Below are positions 1-11,208 of a stretch of 64,000 nucleotides of DNA, piece after piece. A model generated the notes under the pieces. The model made no database searches, had not been told where the DNA came from, and was given only the letters and a program-made list of their open reading frames with translations. Positions within the stretch are counted from its first letter, which is position 1, and the number at the start of each line of letters is the position of its first letter. The position numbers were made by a program, and so were the translations under genes. Origin of the DNA: Candidatus Multivoradales bacterium (lineage in GTDB: Bacteria > Acidobacteriota > Thermoanaerobaculia > Multivoradales > JAHEKO01); NCBI GenBank assembly GCA_965223155.1, contig CBDCVR010000014.1, positions 320,001 through 384,000 of the forward strand. The letters are read 5' to 3'.

Positions 1-1239
1 TATGTGGTGAGCCTCGTAGGCCCGGACGCCCCGGCGAAGATCGTCGGAGCCAGGTGCGAACACCGGCCGGCCGGAAAGCTCGGCAGGAAGATCCTCGAGA
101 GTCAAGACCTGGCCTTCGGCCAGCAGCATAGCTCGCTCCAAGGTGTTATCGAGCTCGCGAACGTTGCCCGGCCATGGCGCCGCCATCAGCAGTCTCATGG
201 CTTCGGCATCAACACTTCGAACGTCCCGCCGCAGCCGGTTCCTGAGCCGAGCCATGAGGTGCTCGACCAGCGACGGAATGTCTTCACGCCGCTCGCGAAG
301 TGAAGGCAGCTGGATTTCGATCACCCGAATTCGGAAATAGAGATCCTGCCGGAAGGCTTGCCGTTCGACCTCGGCTTTCAGATCTCGGTTCGTCGCCGCC
401 AGAATCCTGACCGGCGTCTCGATCGTTCGAGTACCGCCGACCCGGCTGATGGCACCTTCTTCAATCGCGCGCAACAGCTTGGGCTGGAGGTCCAGCGGCA
501 TTTCCGAGATCTCGTCCAGAAAGAGCGTTCCCCCCGACGCGATTTCGAAGAGTCCGGGCTTGTCGGTCGTCGCCCCGGTGAACGCTCCCTTGACATGGCC
601 GAAGAGCTCGCTCTCAATCAGCTCTCTTGGCAGTGCAGCGCAGTTGATGGCCACAAATGGCGCTTCCTCCCCGTACCGCTCGCGGTGAATCGAGCGCGCG
701 ACCAGCTCCTTGCCCGTGCCCGTGTCCCCGAGGATAAGGACCGGACTCGGAGCCGGGGCGACCTTGCCGATCAGATCCTTCACCTCTTGCATGGCAGGAC
801 TCGAGCCAACGATCTCGGAGCCGGTATCCGCCGTGGCAACCTGGCGGCGCAGAAACCGAAGCTCGCTTTCGAGTTTCCTCGTCCGCTGAATGCGCCGAAT
901 CTTTGCGAACAGATCTTCCGGCACCACGGGCTTCAGCAGGTAATCGGCGACGCCCTTGCGGAACGCCTCGACGGCGGTATCGAGCGAGCCGAATGCGGTC
1001 ACCACGATGACTACCGACTCAGGGCTCACGGCGCCCAGCCGGTCGACGAACTCCAGGCCGCCTACGCCCGGCATCACCAGATCGGTCAGCACAATATCCG
1101 GCGGATCCACCTCGACCTTGCGCAGTCCCTCTTCACCGTCGGCTGCGGTCCGGCAGGAGTAACCCTCGGACTTCAGTAGAGTCGCCAGATCCTCCCTGAA
1201 CAGGGCTTCATCGTCGACGATCAGAACCCTCAAGCTCAT
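1..1239 (-). CDS. sigma54-dependent response regulator (NtrC family), 3' end runs off the window
   Basis: Manual translation from ATG at 1239 (ATGA overlap with the kinase stop): MSLRVLIVDDE receiver domain, GDTGTGKELVAR Walker A, ESELFGHVKGAFTGA, LFLDEISE, WPGNVREL. Confidence 0.95.
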   Translation of the reverse strand, partial: MSLRVLIVDDEALFREDLATLLKSEGYSCRTAADGEEGLRKVEVDPPDIVLTDLVMPGVGGLEFVDRLGAVSPESVVIVVTAFGSLDTAVEAFRKGVADYLLKPVVPEDLFAKIRRIQRTRKLESELRFLRRQVATADTGSEIVGSSPAMQEVKDLIGKVAPAPSPVLILGDTGTGKELVARSIHRERYGEEAPFVAINCAALPRELIESELFGHVKGAFTGATTDKPGLFEIASGGTLFLDEISEMPLDLQPKLLRAIEEGAISRVGGTRTIETPVRILAATNRDLKAEVERQAFRQDLYFRIRVIEIQLPSLRERREDIPSLVEHLMARLRNRLRRDVRSVDAEAMRLLMAAPWPGNVRELDNTLERAMLLAEGQVLTLEDLPAELSGRPVFAPGSDDLRRGVRAYEAHHI

Positions 1240-3173
1240 GTCCCTTCCGACACCGTCTCGTTGCCTGTCTCCTGGGGAAGAACGACGGCAAATGTGGACC
1301 CGGACCCCTCGGTGCTTTCGACCTCGATCCTGCCACCGTGAGCGTTGACGAGGCTATAGCAGATCGAAAGACCCAGTCCTGTGCCCTTCTGCTTGGTCGT
1401 GAAGAACGGCTCGAAAAGGCGTTCGCGAGCTTCGTCGGAAAGCCCCTCCCCGCGGTCGGTGATCGAAACCCTGACCTGTCCATCGGCGGCTTCAGTGCGC
1501 ACTCTCACATCGCTGCCGTCCGGGCTCGCCTCCGCGGCGTTCAGGAGTAGGTTCAGGAACACCTGGGTAATCTGATCGCGTACGCCTCGAACGCGCGGCG
1601 ACGGATCTGTGAGATCGGTTTGCAGCCGGACTTTCTTAGCGCGCCGATCCAACCGTATGACCTCAAGCACCTCCGTGACCACTCCGTTGACGTCCCAAAC
1701 GGACCAGTCCTGATCTTGAGGACGACTGAACAGCGAGATGCCGTGCACGATCCTGCGGATTCTCTCGATCTGGCCGCGCAGCACGCCGACGCTTTCCTCG
1801 AGGTACTCCGGCTCTGGACGCCGCTCGAGAAGCGCTAGCCGAGCCGCGAGCGACGACAGGGGGTTGCCGATCTCGTGAGCGACGCCTGCGGCCACCTGCC
1901 CGAGGCCGGTGAGCTTGCTGTGATGCATCGCCTCGGCCTCCAAGGCCTTCCGATCGGTGATGTCCTCAATCAACTCGACCACCTGTACGGTTCGGCCTTC
2001 CGCGTCCCGAACCGGGGAAGTCGTATGCCGAAAGTAGCGTAGCCCACCAACCGCCGAGCGTACAGATCTCTCGCTTTCTCCAGATGTGCCGTTCGCGAGC
2101 GTTTCTTCGGCAATGCACTTCCCGCAGCCACCCGGTACTCGATAGAGCGGGCAGTTGCCTTCGAAGTCTTTGCTCTCGACCCCCAACCAGCGCCTGGCTC
2201 GACCCGAGGCCCAGGGGACCGTGAGATCCGGCGCTACGAGCATCATGCCGACCCCGGTCGATTCGACTACCCTTTGTAGGCGTTGGTGCTCCAGCACCAG
2301 GGTCTTTCCCGCCTCTTCGAGCTGAGACTCCCTTCGCCTCAGCCTTTCGGCAATCAGGCTGGTCAGATAGACACTCATCACGAGAAGCGCCAGGAACGGA
2401 ACCACCCTTCCCAGAACGAATATCGCGCTGTGCGCCGCGTGCTCGACTTCGTCGTCCCCATGGGAATGACCGCCGGCAACTTCCTTCGCGTGTGGAAACA
2501 GCTCGTTGGTGAAGTGGGGAAGTACATGCGTGTACTCACCCATCGTCATGATCGAGAACAAACCAGCGGCGGCTAGAGTGAGCAAGAAGGCCTTACGCCG
2601 GGGCAGAAGAATTCCCGCGATGATCGCGTGGAAAATAAAAGCAAAGTAGACCGGATTCTCGATGCCTCCGGAGGCGTTGAGAAACCCCGTCAGGACAATG
2701 AGATCGACAGCTCCCTGGCCCAGAATCTGACGTTCGAAACCTGTTCCGAACTGTGCCCATCGAGAAAACACCACGTTGGCAACGGCGAGTACCGACCACC
2801 ATGCGATCAACATCGGCAAGACCGCGCTGGGCAAGAACCCGCTGATCGGCACTGACCACAGAATCAGTCCTAACGACACGACAACCGCGATCCAGCGCAT
2901 GTGCACGAACCAACGGGCGTGCTGGCGCTGTTCCTCCTCGCGATCGAGCAGTACGGCCAGAGCCGAAGGCGTGGCACCAGCCGGATAGACCCGCATGGAC
3001 TGGCGCATGAGAAGCCAGGCACCGAATCCGGTCGCCAAGAGAATGAGCCCACCTCCAGGAGCCTGCCAGACGGCCATCTCGATGCCGGCGGCAATCAGAA
3101 TCAAACCAACGGGCACTATGACCGTTAGCACGGGCACCCTCCACCGATCCGCAGACATCTGCTCTGTTTTCAC
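1236..3173 (-). CDS. multi-TM sensor histidine kinase with PAS-like domain
   Basis: Several hydrophobic helices, PAS-like segment, H-box VAHEIGNPL, N-box NLLLNA, G-boxes DRGEG and GTGLGL; translationally coupled to the response regulator. Confidence 0.95.
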   Translation of the reverse strand: MKTEQMSADRWRVPVLTVIVPVGLILIAAGIEMAVWQAPGGGLILLATGFGAWLLMRQSMRVYPAGATPSALAVLLDREEEQRQHARWFVHMRWIAVVVSLGLILWSVPISGFLPSAVLPMLIAWWSVLAVANVVFSRWAQFGTGFERQILGQGAVDLIVLTGFLNASGGIENPVYFAFIFHAIIAGILLPRRKAFLLTLAAAGLFSIMTMGEYTHVLPHFTNELFPHAKEVAGGHSHGDDEVEHAAHSAIFVLGRVVPFLALLVMSVYLTSLIAERLRRRESQLEEAGKTLVLEHQRLQRVVESTGVGMMLVAPDLTVPWASGRARRWLGVESKDFEGNCPLYRVPGGCGKCIAEETLANGTSGESERSVRSAVGGLRYFRHTTSPVRDAEGRTVQVVELIEDITDRKALEAEAMHHSKLTGLGQVAAGVAHEIGNPLSSLAARLALLERRPEPEYLEESVGVLRGQIERIRRIVHGISLFSRPQDQDWSVWDVNGVVTEVLEVIRLDRRAKKVRLQTDLTDPSPRVRGVRDQITQVFLNLLLNAAEASPDGSDVRVRTEAADGQVRVSITDRGEGLSDEARERLFEPFFTTKQKGTGLGLSICYSLVNAHGGRIEVESTEGSGSTFAVVLPQETGNETVSEGT

Positions 3174-3198
3174 CTGCGGTGAAGTCTACCTCTGACGC

Positions 3199-3650
3199 TC
3201 AAACTCCCGAGTCTTCACCGATGACAATCGAGGAACCGACGACGACGCACGACTCGCCGATACTTGTCCTGCCGCCGCACTCCCCTGCGGCTCTTGGAGC
3301 CGTGGCGTCTATCGCTCGGCCATCCCCACTGGCCAAGAAGTCCTCGAGGAAAAAGGCCGACAGCTCGGCTCGCCCGGAGAGCCCTGACTTGCGGTAGACC
3401 GCCACGGCGTTCTGGCGCACGGTCCTCTCACTCCGTTCGGTCAAAGCGGCGATCTCTTTGTGGCTCAACCCCTTGAGGAGAAAGAGCGCCGTCTGCCTCT
3501 CGGTCCGCGTCAGACTCCAGTCTGCCAACTGAGCGTCGATCTGCTCCCCGAGGCCAGCCAGGAGCTTCTGTGCCCGGTTTCGCCAGGCGTCTCACTCGCT
3601 CTGCCGGTTCTCGAGGCCAGCGAAGGTCCTTGCTGTTGCAGCCATCTCGC
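3199..3650 (-). pseudogene. LuxR-family HTH regulator remnant (5'-truncated, in-frame stop)
   Basis: WSLTRTERQTALFLLKGLSHKEIAALTERSERTVRQ is a LuxR HTH. The same frame continues upstream as LENRQSE*DAWRNRAQKLLAGLGEQID with TGA at 3594-3592. No N-terminus found. Confidence 0.75.
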
Positions 3651-3712
3651 ACTCACCTCTCTAAGCCGAAGCACCAAACCAGGCTGGCAGTCCCCTAGGG
3701 AGTTTCCCGCGT

Positions 3713-5611
3713 CTAGCCAGTGGTGAGAACTGGAAGAACGAGCCGCGATCCGTCTTCACCCCCGAGCCCGATTCCAAGCACGGCCTCCGGAAATTCGGGA
3801 AGAACCGTGTTATCCCTATCCGCTCCCATTATTGTGACGCGGATGCGGTGGCCGCGGTTGAAGAGGTACGCCGTGGGTAGAAGACCGATTTCAACCTCGT
3901 ACTCCTCACCCGGCACCACCGGCAGGACATCCTCCGCGAACTGCCGGCGCCACAACCGATTGTGCCAGGCCGCTCTAGCCGTCTTCCTCATGGACAGGCG
4001 CAGCTGCCCTTCCGTGACCAAATGCGACCACCCGTGCGGTTCGACCTCCTCCAGCAGCACATAAAAATCACCGTCGCGCGCCGAACTGCTGGTACGAAAC
4101 TCGACGGAGGGATAGCCCACTACGGTTACATCGTCTTCGAGGGGCGGGGTGGTGAAGGTCAACGATTTCATGTCGTTGGGCGTCATGTCTGGGTAGGACA
4201 GGATCCCATCGATGCAGTTGATCCAGCGCGAACCGGTCCCGGTCGTCGTCGTTACGTCGACTGCGAGCGTCTGAACGATCTTCGAGCCAACGGGCTCCCG
4301 GCTCAGAGAGCCGTCGTTGATCGATGCCACGGAGCCGGCTCTTTCGGCGGTCAAGTACCACTCTTGCGGCTCGACGCCAGGCACCGGCCACCGAGGGCTG
4401 CTCTGCCAGGTCCATCGCTCGCCGGGCACGTCGTTGACGGCGTAGTTGATCATCGCGTCGTCGGCAACTCCGTTCTCGATGCCCTTCAGCCAGTAGTCGA
4501 ACCACCGGTGGTGCTCGGCTTCGTTGATGCGCCTCCTCTCGGCGTTGACGGCCGCGGTGTATGGGCCGTGCCCCCACGGCCCGATGGTCAACCGATCGGG
4601 TCCGGGATAGTCCAGCAGCTGCTGGGGAGCCTGGTAGATGAAGGCGTCGTACCAGCCGGTGTAGTGGTAGATCGCCACGCCCGATTCGTTCAACCGGTCG
4701 AGCACGGCTATCGGGCCGTAGTCCGTCCAGTTCCAATCCGCTTGTACCGTGTCCCGGAAGGTTCCCTGGGCGAACGGCCTTTCCGGTTGCCAATTCTCCG
4801 CGCGCTCGGACAGGGCCCTGGCCAGCAACTTGCCGTCTACGTCCTCGTCCACCGGAACCGGGGGGATCTCGAAGTCCAGGGCCCTGACCGCGGCACCCCA
4901 GCGCCGCACGTAGTCGTCTTTGTAGATCCCTCCGTCGTGAAAGATGTCGTAGAGGTCATAGAGGGTGACGTCCGGCACGATGGCGCGGAGGGCCGGATGG
5001 TGCCGGCTGGCCGCCATGTACTGCGTGATGCCGAGATAGGAGCCTCCGAACATCCCGACCTCGTCGGTGCTCCACGGCTGGCCAACGATCCAATCGATCA
5101 CCTCGAAGCAGTCATCGCTTTCTCGGGCCGAAAAGATGCCGTTCTGGCGCCCGAACGAGGCACCGCTGCCTCGGACAGCAACCGACACCACGACGTACCC
5201 ATGAGTTACGAGACGCTGGAGCATCGGGCTCGTGTCCACGGAAGAGAAGACGATGTCTGGCTCAGCCCGACCCTCTCGCTCGGCTCGCATTGGCCCGGTC
5301 GGGTTACGGTGATAGCGAGAGAAGGTGACGATTGCAGGGAAGGCTTCGTCGACTGGTTTGCCGTCGACCGCGGGGCGAACGATGTCCGCCGCCAACCGGA
5401 CGCCGTCGCTCATGGAAACGTACTGGGATTGACGCACCCACTGGTCGAACCGCTTCGGGGAATGACCCGTGTACTCGCCGAAGCGCGAGATCTTCGCGGC
5501 CACCACCGACTGTTGACCAAATCGGGCCGCACTCTCGGGGGGGGCGCTCGGCGCACAGGCTGCGGCGAGCAGCAGAATCCCAAGCAGGCTCACCTTCGGT
5601 ACTTCGCGCAT
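3713..5611 (-). CDS. CocE/NonD family serine hydrolase, predicted lipoprotein
   Basis: GGSYLG nucleophile motif, DGVRLAAD, RGSGASFG, GPWGH; lipobox-like LLLAAAC after ATG 5611. Confidence 0.9.
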   Translation of the reverse strand: MREVPKVSLLGILLLAAACAPSAPPESAARFGQQSVVAAKISRFGEYTGHSPKRFDQWVRQSQYVSMSDGVRLAADIVRPAVDGKPVDEAFPAIVTFSRYHRNPTGPMRAEREGRAEPDIVFSSVDTSPMLQRLVTHGYVVVSVAVRGSGASFGRQNGIFSARESDDCFEVIDWIVGQPWSTDEVGMFGGSYLGITQYMAASRHHPALRAIVPDVTLYDLYDIFHDGGIYKDDYVRRWGAAVRALDFEIPPVPVDEDVDGKLLARALSERAENWQPERPFAQGTFRDTVQADWNWTDYGPIAVLDRLNESGVAIYHYTGWYDAFIYQAPQQLLDYPGPDRLTIGPWGHGPYTAAVNAERRRINEAEHHRWFDYWLKGIENGVADDAMINYAVNDVPGERWTWQSSPRWPVPGVEPQEWYLTAERAGSVASINDGSLSREPVGSKIVQTLAVDVTTTTGTGSRWINCIDGILSYPDMTPNDMKSLTFTTPPLEDDVTVVGYPSVEFRTSSSARDGDFYVLLEEVEPHGWSHLVTEGQLRLSMRKTARAAWHNRLWRRQFAEDVLPVVPGEEYEVEIGLLPTAYLFNRGHRIRVTIMGADRDNTVLPEFPEAVLGIGLGGEDGSRLVLPVLTTG

Positions 5612-5637
5612 TGGATCTGGTTCCCTTCCTCGATGAT

Positions 5638-6669
5638 CTAGGAGCAACCGAGTGCTTCGAGGCCAAGCTCGGCGAAAGGCTCGACGTACTTGCCAACCTC
5701 GGCAGCCCTCCGACTGGAGGCGTTGCCGTCCACGGCGCGCTTGGCCACTCCCTGAGCGATCGCCGCCAGCCGAAAGAAACTAAAGGCCACGTAGAACTCG
5801 AGGTCTCCGATGTCACCAACACCGGCCAGACGAGCGTAGGCGGCTACGAGCTCTCTTTCCGACGGGATTCCCAGGGCCGCAACGTCCTTCCCCCGCAAGC
5901 CCGACATCTTGCCGACGCCGGCGGGCATGCGTAGCAGCATGCACAGGTACCCGACATCGGCGAACGGGTGCCCGAGGGTCGAGAGCTCCCAATCGAGGAT
6001 CGCGCGGACCTTCGGCGATCGAGCGTCAAAGACCAGGTTGTCGAGACGGAAGTCACCATGGACGAGGGCGAACCGACCGTCGTCGGCCGGCAAGCGCCTT
6101 CCCAGCCGCTCGGTCAGTTCTTCCATGGCACGAAGGCTCTCGATCTCGGAGGCACGGTACTGCCGGCTCCACCGACTGTACTGGCGTTGAAAGTAGTCCC
6201 CGGGCTTACCGAAATCGCCCAAGCCGGCTGCCTCGATGTCGACCTTGTGGAGCTCCGCGAGAACCCGAACCGCCTCTTCGTAGATCGCGCGGCGCCCGCC
6301 GTGACCGACTCCGGGCAAAGCCGCGTCCCAGAAGATCCTGCCGTCGCAGAACTCCATGACGTAGAACATGGAGCCGATGACGCCTCGATCTTCACAAAGG
6401 TAGTGGACGCGCGGCACCGGCACCGCAGTGGCGCCCAGAGCGTCGATCACGCGATACTCGCGATCCACCGCGTGAGCCGAGCGGAGGAGCTCACCCGGCG
6501 GCTGTCGCCGCAGCACATAGGTGCCGGAGCGGGCGTCCAACCTGTAGGTCGGATTGGACTGGCCGTCCGCGAACTTCTCGACCGTCATCGGGCCAAGAAA
6601 GCCGGGCATCCGCGCCTCCAAGTGCCCGCTCAAGGCCTCGAGGTCGAAGGCGAGTTCGCTCTTGGACAA
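5638..6669 (-). CDS. phosphotransferase family protein (APH/ACAD10-like)
   Basis: [28 protein letters not shown] motifs. Confidence 0.93.
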   Translation of the reverse strand: MSKSELAFDLEALSGHLEARMPGFLGPMTVEKFADGQSNPTYRLDARSGTYVLRRQPPGELLRSAHAVDREYRVIDALGATAVPVPRVHYLCEDRGVIGSMFYVMEFCDGRIFWDAALPGVGHGGRRAIYEEAVRVLAELHKVDIEAAGLGDFGKPGDYFQRQYSRWSRQYRASEIESLRAMEELTERLGRRLPADDGRFALVHGDFRLDNLVFDARSPKVRAILDWELSTLGHPFADVGYLCMLLRMPAGVGKMSGLRGKDVAALGIPSERELVAAYARLAGVGDIGDLEFYVAFSFFRLAAIAQGVAKRAVDGNASSRRAAEVGKYVEPFAELGLEALGCS

Positions 6670-6678
6670 CCGAATCTC

Positions 6679-7902
6679 CTAAGAGCCGCAGTCCGCAAGC
6701 CTCGCGGCCAGGTTGCGTCCCAACTGCATCATGTGAACCTGATCCGGCCCGTCCGCTAGTCGGATCGACCGGGCAACCGTGTACGCGCGCGCCAGGAAGG
6801 TGTCTTGGCTGACGCCGGCGGCGCCGTGAATCTGAATCGCTCGATCGATCACGTTGCATGCCATCGTCGGCGTGGCGATCTTGCTCATGGCGATCAGATC
6901 CTTGGCGGCCTTGGGGCCGGCCTCGTCGATGCGAGCCGCTGCCTTGAGCGTCAGGAGTCTCGCCTGCTCCACCTCGCAGGCCGACCGAGCGATGTCCTCG
7001 CGCACCGATTGCTGCTTGCTCAGCGGACGCCCGAAGACGACGCGCGAATCGGCCCGCCGGCACATGGCTTCGAGAGCCCGCTGCGCGAGACCGATCGAGC
7101 GCATGCAGTGGTGAATCCGCCCCGGGCCGAGGCGTCCTTGCGCGATCTCGAAGCCGCGGCCTTCACCCAGGAGCATGTTCTCCGCCGGAACCCAAACGTC
7201 GTCGAAGCGTACTTCGCCGTGCCCTTCGGGTGCGCTGTCGAATCCGTAGACTTGCATCGGCCGGACGACGACAACGCCCTCTGTGTCGATCGGCACCAGA
7301 ACCATGGACTGTTGCCGGTAACGGTCTTCGTGCTCCGGATCGGTCTTGCCCATGACGATCAGGATCCTGGTGTGCCGGTTGCACGCGCCGCTGACGTACC
7401 ACTTGCGGCCGTTGATCCGGTAACCGTCGCCATCGCGGACGATCGAGGTCTCGACGTTGGTGGCATCGGAGGAGCCGACCTCCGGTTCGGTCATGGCGAA
7501 ACCCGAGCGAATCTCCCCCTCGAGAAGCGGGATCAACCACTCCCGCTGCTGGTCCTCGTTGCCGTAGCGCGCCAGCACTTCCATGTTTCCGGTGTCCGGC
7601 GCACTGCAATTGAACGCTTCAGAGGCCCAGATCACCCGGCCCATGATCTCGGCCAGGGGTGCGTACTCGAGGGTGGTGAGCCCCGGGCTGAACCTGCCGT
7701 AGGATCTTGGTAGAAACAGGTTCCACAAGCCGGCGGTCTTCGCCTTTGCCTTGATCTCCTGGAGGAGAGCCGGGGGCTCCCAACGATCTCCTTCATCGAG
7801 CTGCTGCCAGAAGACCTCCTCGTTGGGATAGACGAACTCGTCCATGAACGCCTGCAACTCCCGGCGTAGTTCCTGGACTTTAGGACTGTGCTCGAAGTTC
7901 AT
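6679..7902 (-). CDS. acyl-CoA dehydrogenase (ACAD10/11-like)
   Basis: [42 protein letters not shown]. Confidence 0.95.
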   Translation of the reverse strand: MNFEHSPKVQELRRELQAFMDEFVYPNEEVFWQQLDEGDRWEPPALLQEIKAKAKTAGLWNLFLPRSYGRFSPGLTTLEYAPLAEIMGRVIWASEAFNCSAPDTGNMEVLARYGNEDQQREWLIPLLEGEIRSGFAMTEPEVGSSDATNVETSIVRDGDGYRINGRKWYVSGACNRHTRILIVMGKTDPEHEDRYRQQSMVLVPIDTEGVVVVRPMQVYGFDSAPEGHGEVRFDDVWVPAENMLLGEGRGFEIAQGRLGPGRIHHCMRSIGLAQRALEAMCRRADSRVVFGRPLSKQQSVREDIARSACEVEQARLLTLKAAARIDEAGPKAAKDLIAMSKIATPTMACNVIDRAIQIHGAAGVSQDTFLARAYTVARSIRLADGPDQVHMMQLGRNLAARLADCGS

Positions 7903-7929
7903 CAGCTCTCCTATTCCAGCCTCGCCGCG

Positions 7930-10900
7930 CTACCAGGCATCCACGTAGGGGCGCTTCTTGCCTTCGCGCGCCGAAGGGCCTGGAGTGGCGGCCCAGCCCC
8001 GCATCACCCAATCTCGAGTCTCTGCCGGGTCGATCACGGCGTCGATCTCGAGGTAGCTCGCGGCGTTGATGGCCTCGCCCTGCTCATACATCTCCTCGAC
8101 CAACTCGTCGAAACGCCGCCGCCGCTCTTCCTCATCCGGAATCGCCTCGAGCTCGCGTCGCGCTGCTAGGCGAACCGCCCCTTCGAGACCCATGGAGCCG
8201 AACTCACCGCTAGGCCAGGCGGCCGTTAGCACGGGACGGTGAAAACCACCGGCCGCCATGGCCATCGCGCCAAGACCGTAGCTCTTGCGAAGGACGATCG
8301 TGAAGACCGGCACCGTCAGGCTTGCCGCCGTGAGGAAGATCCTCGACACGTGCCGGACCGCGGCGGCCTTCTCCGACTCCGGTCCGACCATGAATCCAGG
8401 CGTATCGCACAGGGCGACCATCGGCAGGTCGAAGGCGTCACACAGCTGCATGAAGCGAGCGATCTTGTCGCCGGCGTCGGCGTCGATGGCGCCACCCAGG
8501 TGCTGGGGATCGTTCGCGTACAGCCCGAAGGGCTGGCCCTCGATCCGAACCAAGGCGGTCACCGCGTTGGGAGCGAACCGGCGTCGCAGCTCGAGTACCG
8601 AGCCCTCGTCGGCCAGGGCCTCGATCGGCCGCCGGACGTCGTAGGCTTGGAGGCGCCGCTCCGGAATGGCGTGTCGGAGTCGGCGGGGGTCTGGAGCCTG
8701 CCACTCGACCACGTTTCCCTGAAAGTAGGACAGATAGCGCTTTGCCACCGCGACTCCCTCGGCTTCGTCTTCGACCAGGACGTCGATCACTCCGTTCGGC
8801 GCCTGGACGCTCGGCGGTCCGATCTCCCCGGCGTCGAACCTCCCGAGTCCGCCGGCTTCGATCATCGACGGGCCTGCCATGCCCAGGCTCGACGATCTAG
8901 TGGCGATGATGGCGTCGCACACGCCGGCGAGGGCCGCGTTACCTGCGAAGCAATAGCCTCCAACGACCGCGACCGTCGGCACCAGGCCGGACAGCTCGCC
9001 CATCGCTGCGAAGGTGTTGAGATCGAGGCCCGCGACCGCCGGGTAGTCAGTGTCTGACGGACGACCGCCGCCACCTTCCGCCAGGAGCACTAGCGGCAGC
9101 CTCCACTGTTTGGCGAGGCCCAAGAGGCGGTCGGTCTTCTTGTGGCTCATAAAGCCCTGCGTGCCCGCCATGACCGTGAAGTCGTAGGCCAAGACGGCGC
9201 AACGGGAGCGCTCCGCGCCGAAGAGCCGGCCGTTGACGCTCCCCGTCCCGGCAATCAGTCCGTCGGCCGGACTGACCTCGATCAACTTCTCGACCGAGTG
9301 CTTCTGCCGCTGAGCTGCCAGGGCCAGCGCACCGTATTCATTGAAGCTACCCTCGTCCAAAAGATCGGCGAGATTCTCGCGAGCCGTACGCTTGCCCTTC
9401 GCGTGACGCCGCTCCACGGCCTCGGGCCGGTGGGCATCGAGTACTCTCTCGTGGCGCTGCCTCCACTTTGCCAGGTCCGGCCGCACGCGGTCGAGGTCCA
9501 CCTCCCCGCTCGTCGGACTCTGTCCGTCCGCGAAGGCACCGGGCTCGACGATGGCAAGGAGCTGCCCCTCGTCGACGAAACCGCCCGGCTCCTCGGTCAG
9601 AATCTCGACCACGACGCCATCCTGGTCGGCCTCGATCGAATGCTCCATCTTCATCGCCTCGATCCGGGCGATTGTCTGCCCGGCTCGCACCTCGTCGCCG
9701 CGGTGCGCCAACACGACCAACGACCCGCCCACGGGCGCGAAGACGCCGTAGCACCCCGGCGGAACGGGAGCCTCCGTGCGGCGACTCTCCCTTTCCACTC
9801 CGCCTCCAAAGAACAGATCTCCATGGACCCTCTCCGCGACGAGCTCCTCGAGCACGGACTCGACGAAGGACGTCGTCACCTCGTTTCGCCGGACCTCTGA
9901 CCGGTCGAGCAGGTTGAGGAGAACGTTTCGATTGCTCAACACCCCTTCGAGGCGGAGCTCGCGGAGGGCCCGACGGCCCTTGTCGACCGCCGCTAGATAG
10001 TCGCCAGCCGCGACGATCACTTTGCTCGCCAGGCTGTCGTAGTTGGGGTTGACCCGGTAGCCGGCGTAGAGACAGTCGTCGACCCTCACTCCGGGACCGC
10101 TCGGGATCTCGTAAACGGAAACGACTCCGGACGCCGGCCGCGCCGCGCCGCCGGCCCGCAGGTCCTCGAGGTACACGCGAAGCTGCAGGCCGTATCCGCT
10201 TTTCTTCGGAGGCTCCGCCAGTCCCAGCTCGTCAAGCGTCTTGCCGGCCGCCAGCTCGAGCTGTATCTCGACCAGATCGATCCCGGTGATCTGTTCCGTG
10301 ACCGTGTGCTCCACCTGGATCCTGGGGTTGACCTCGAGAAAGTAGTACCGCTCCGGATCGTCTGCGTCGAGTAGAAACTCAAAGGTCCCGAGGCCCGCAT
10401 AGCCGATGTCCGACGCCAGCCGCACGGCGGCGTCGAGAATCGCTTGCCGGGTGGCGGCGTCGATCGTCGGGCTGGGCGCGATCTCGACCAGCTTCTGGTT
10501 GCGCCGCTGAAGCGTGCATTCGCGCTCCCACGCGTGGCAGACGTTGCCGGCAGAGTCCGCCAGGACTTGGACCTCGATATGCCGCGCCCGCGGCACGAAC
10601 TGCTCGACGTAGAGATCCCCGCGTCCGAAAGCGATCTCGGCCTCTCGGCGGCAATCGCGATACGCGGCCTCGATCTCCGAGCGCTCTCTGACGACTCGCA
10701 TGCCGCGGCCGCCGCCGCCGGCGAGCGCCTTGATCATGATCGGCGCTCCGTTTCCATGCCGGTCGAAGAAGTCCTGAACCTCCGACCGCGAACAACTTCG
10801 GTTCAAGCCGTCGACCACAGGCACGCCGCTTTGGGCCGCCAGCCGCCTGGCTTCGGCCTTGTCCCCCAACTTCGCGAGCAGATCCGCGGACGGGCCCGTG

Positions 10901-11208
10901 AACGTGAGTCCGGCCTCGGCGCAGCTGCGGGCAAAGTCGGCGTTCTCGGAAAGCAGACCGTAACCGGGGTGGATCGCATCACATTCCTCGGCCCGAGCAA
11001 CCCCGATCAGGCGGCGAGCGTCGAGGTAGGCGGCAACTCCCCGACCGGACAGGGGAACGGCGTTGCCGCACCGCTTCACATGCAACGACGCCTCGTCGTC
11101 TTCGGCAAAGACCGCCACACTCTCGATGCCCATCGCGGCCGCGGTCCGGGCGATCCGCACCGCGATCTCGCCTCGGTTGGCGATGAGGAGACGCCGAATC
11201 GCGGTCAC
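7930..11208 (-). CDS. single-chain acyl-CoA carboxylase (BC-BCCP-CT fusion)
   Basis: LLIANRGEIA, GGGGRGM, EVNPRIQVEH (biotin carboxylase), EAMKM biotinylation site, C-terminal carboxyltransferase (DTPGFMVGP); GTG 11208 overlaps the upstream stop. Confidence 0.93.
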   Translation of the reverse strand: MTAIRRLLIANRGEIAVRIARTAAAMGIESVAVFAEDDEASLHVKRCGNAVPLSGRGVAAYLDARRLIGVARAEECDAIHPGYGLLSENADFARSCAEAGLTFTGPSADLLAKLGDKAEARRLAAQSGVPVVDGLNRSCSRSEVQDFFDRHGNGAPIMIKALAGGGGRGMRVVRERSEIEAAYRDCRREAEIAFGRGDLYVEQFVPRARHIEVQVLADSAGNVCHAWERECTLQRRNQKLVEIAPSPTIDAATRQAILDAAVRLASDIGYAGLGTFEFLLDADDPERYYFLEVNPRIQVEHTVTEQITGIDLVEIQLELAAGKTLDELGLAEPPKKSGYGLQLRVYLEDLRAGGAARPASGVVSVYEIPSGPGVRVDDCLYAGYRVNPNYDSLASKVIVAAGDYLAAVDKGRRALRELRLEGVLSNRNVLLNLLDRSEVRRNEVTTSFVESVLEELVAERVHGDLFFGGGVERESRRTEAPVPPGCYGVFAPVGGSLVVLAHRGDEVRAGQTIARIEAMKMEHSIEADQDGVVVEILTEEPGGFVDEGQLLAIVEPGAFADGQSPTSGEVDLDRVRPDLAKWRQRHERVLDAHRPEAVERRHAKGKRTARENLADLLDEGSFNEYGALALAAQRQKHSVEKLIEVSPADGLIAGTGSVNGRLFGAERSRCAVLAYDFTVMAGTQGFMSHKKTDRLLGLAKQWRLPLVLLAEGGGGRPSDTDYPAVAGLDLNTFAAMGELSGLVPTVAVVGGYCFAGNAALAGVCDAIIATRSSSLGMAGPSMIEAGGLGRFDAGEIGPPSVQAPNGVIDVLVEDEAEGVAVAKRYLSYFQGNVVEWQAPDPRRLRHAIPERRLQAYDVRRPIEALADEGSVLELRRRFAPNAVTALVRIEGQPFGLYANDPQHLGGAIDADAGDKIARFMQLCDAFDLPMVALCDTPGFMVGPESEKAAAVRHVSRIFLTAASLTVPVFTIVLRKSYGLGAMAMAAGGFHRPVLTAAWPSGEFGSMGLEGAVRLAARRELEAIPDEEERRRRFDELVEEMYEQGEAINAASYLEIDAVIDPAETRDWVMRGWAATPGPSAREGKKRPYVDAW

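Noticed and set aside
358-1179. 273-aa plus-strand ORF and similar long antisense ORFs (3962-5641, 24542-26146, 38018-39436)
   Set aside because: Shadow ORFs opposite well-supported genes in high-GC DNA; no recognisable motifs.
3592-3594. In-frame TGA in the LuxR remnant as possible selenocysteine or recoding
   Set aside because: The position fits a CGA-to-TGA mutation, the gene is also 5'-truncated, and TGA is used as a normal stop throughout the window.
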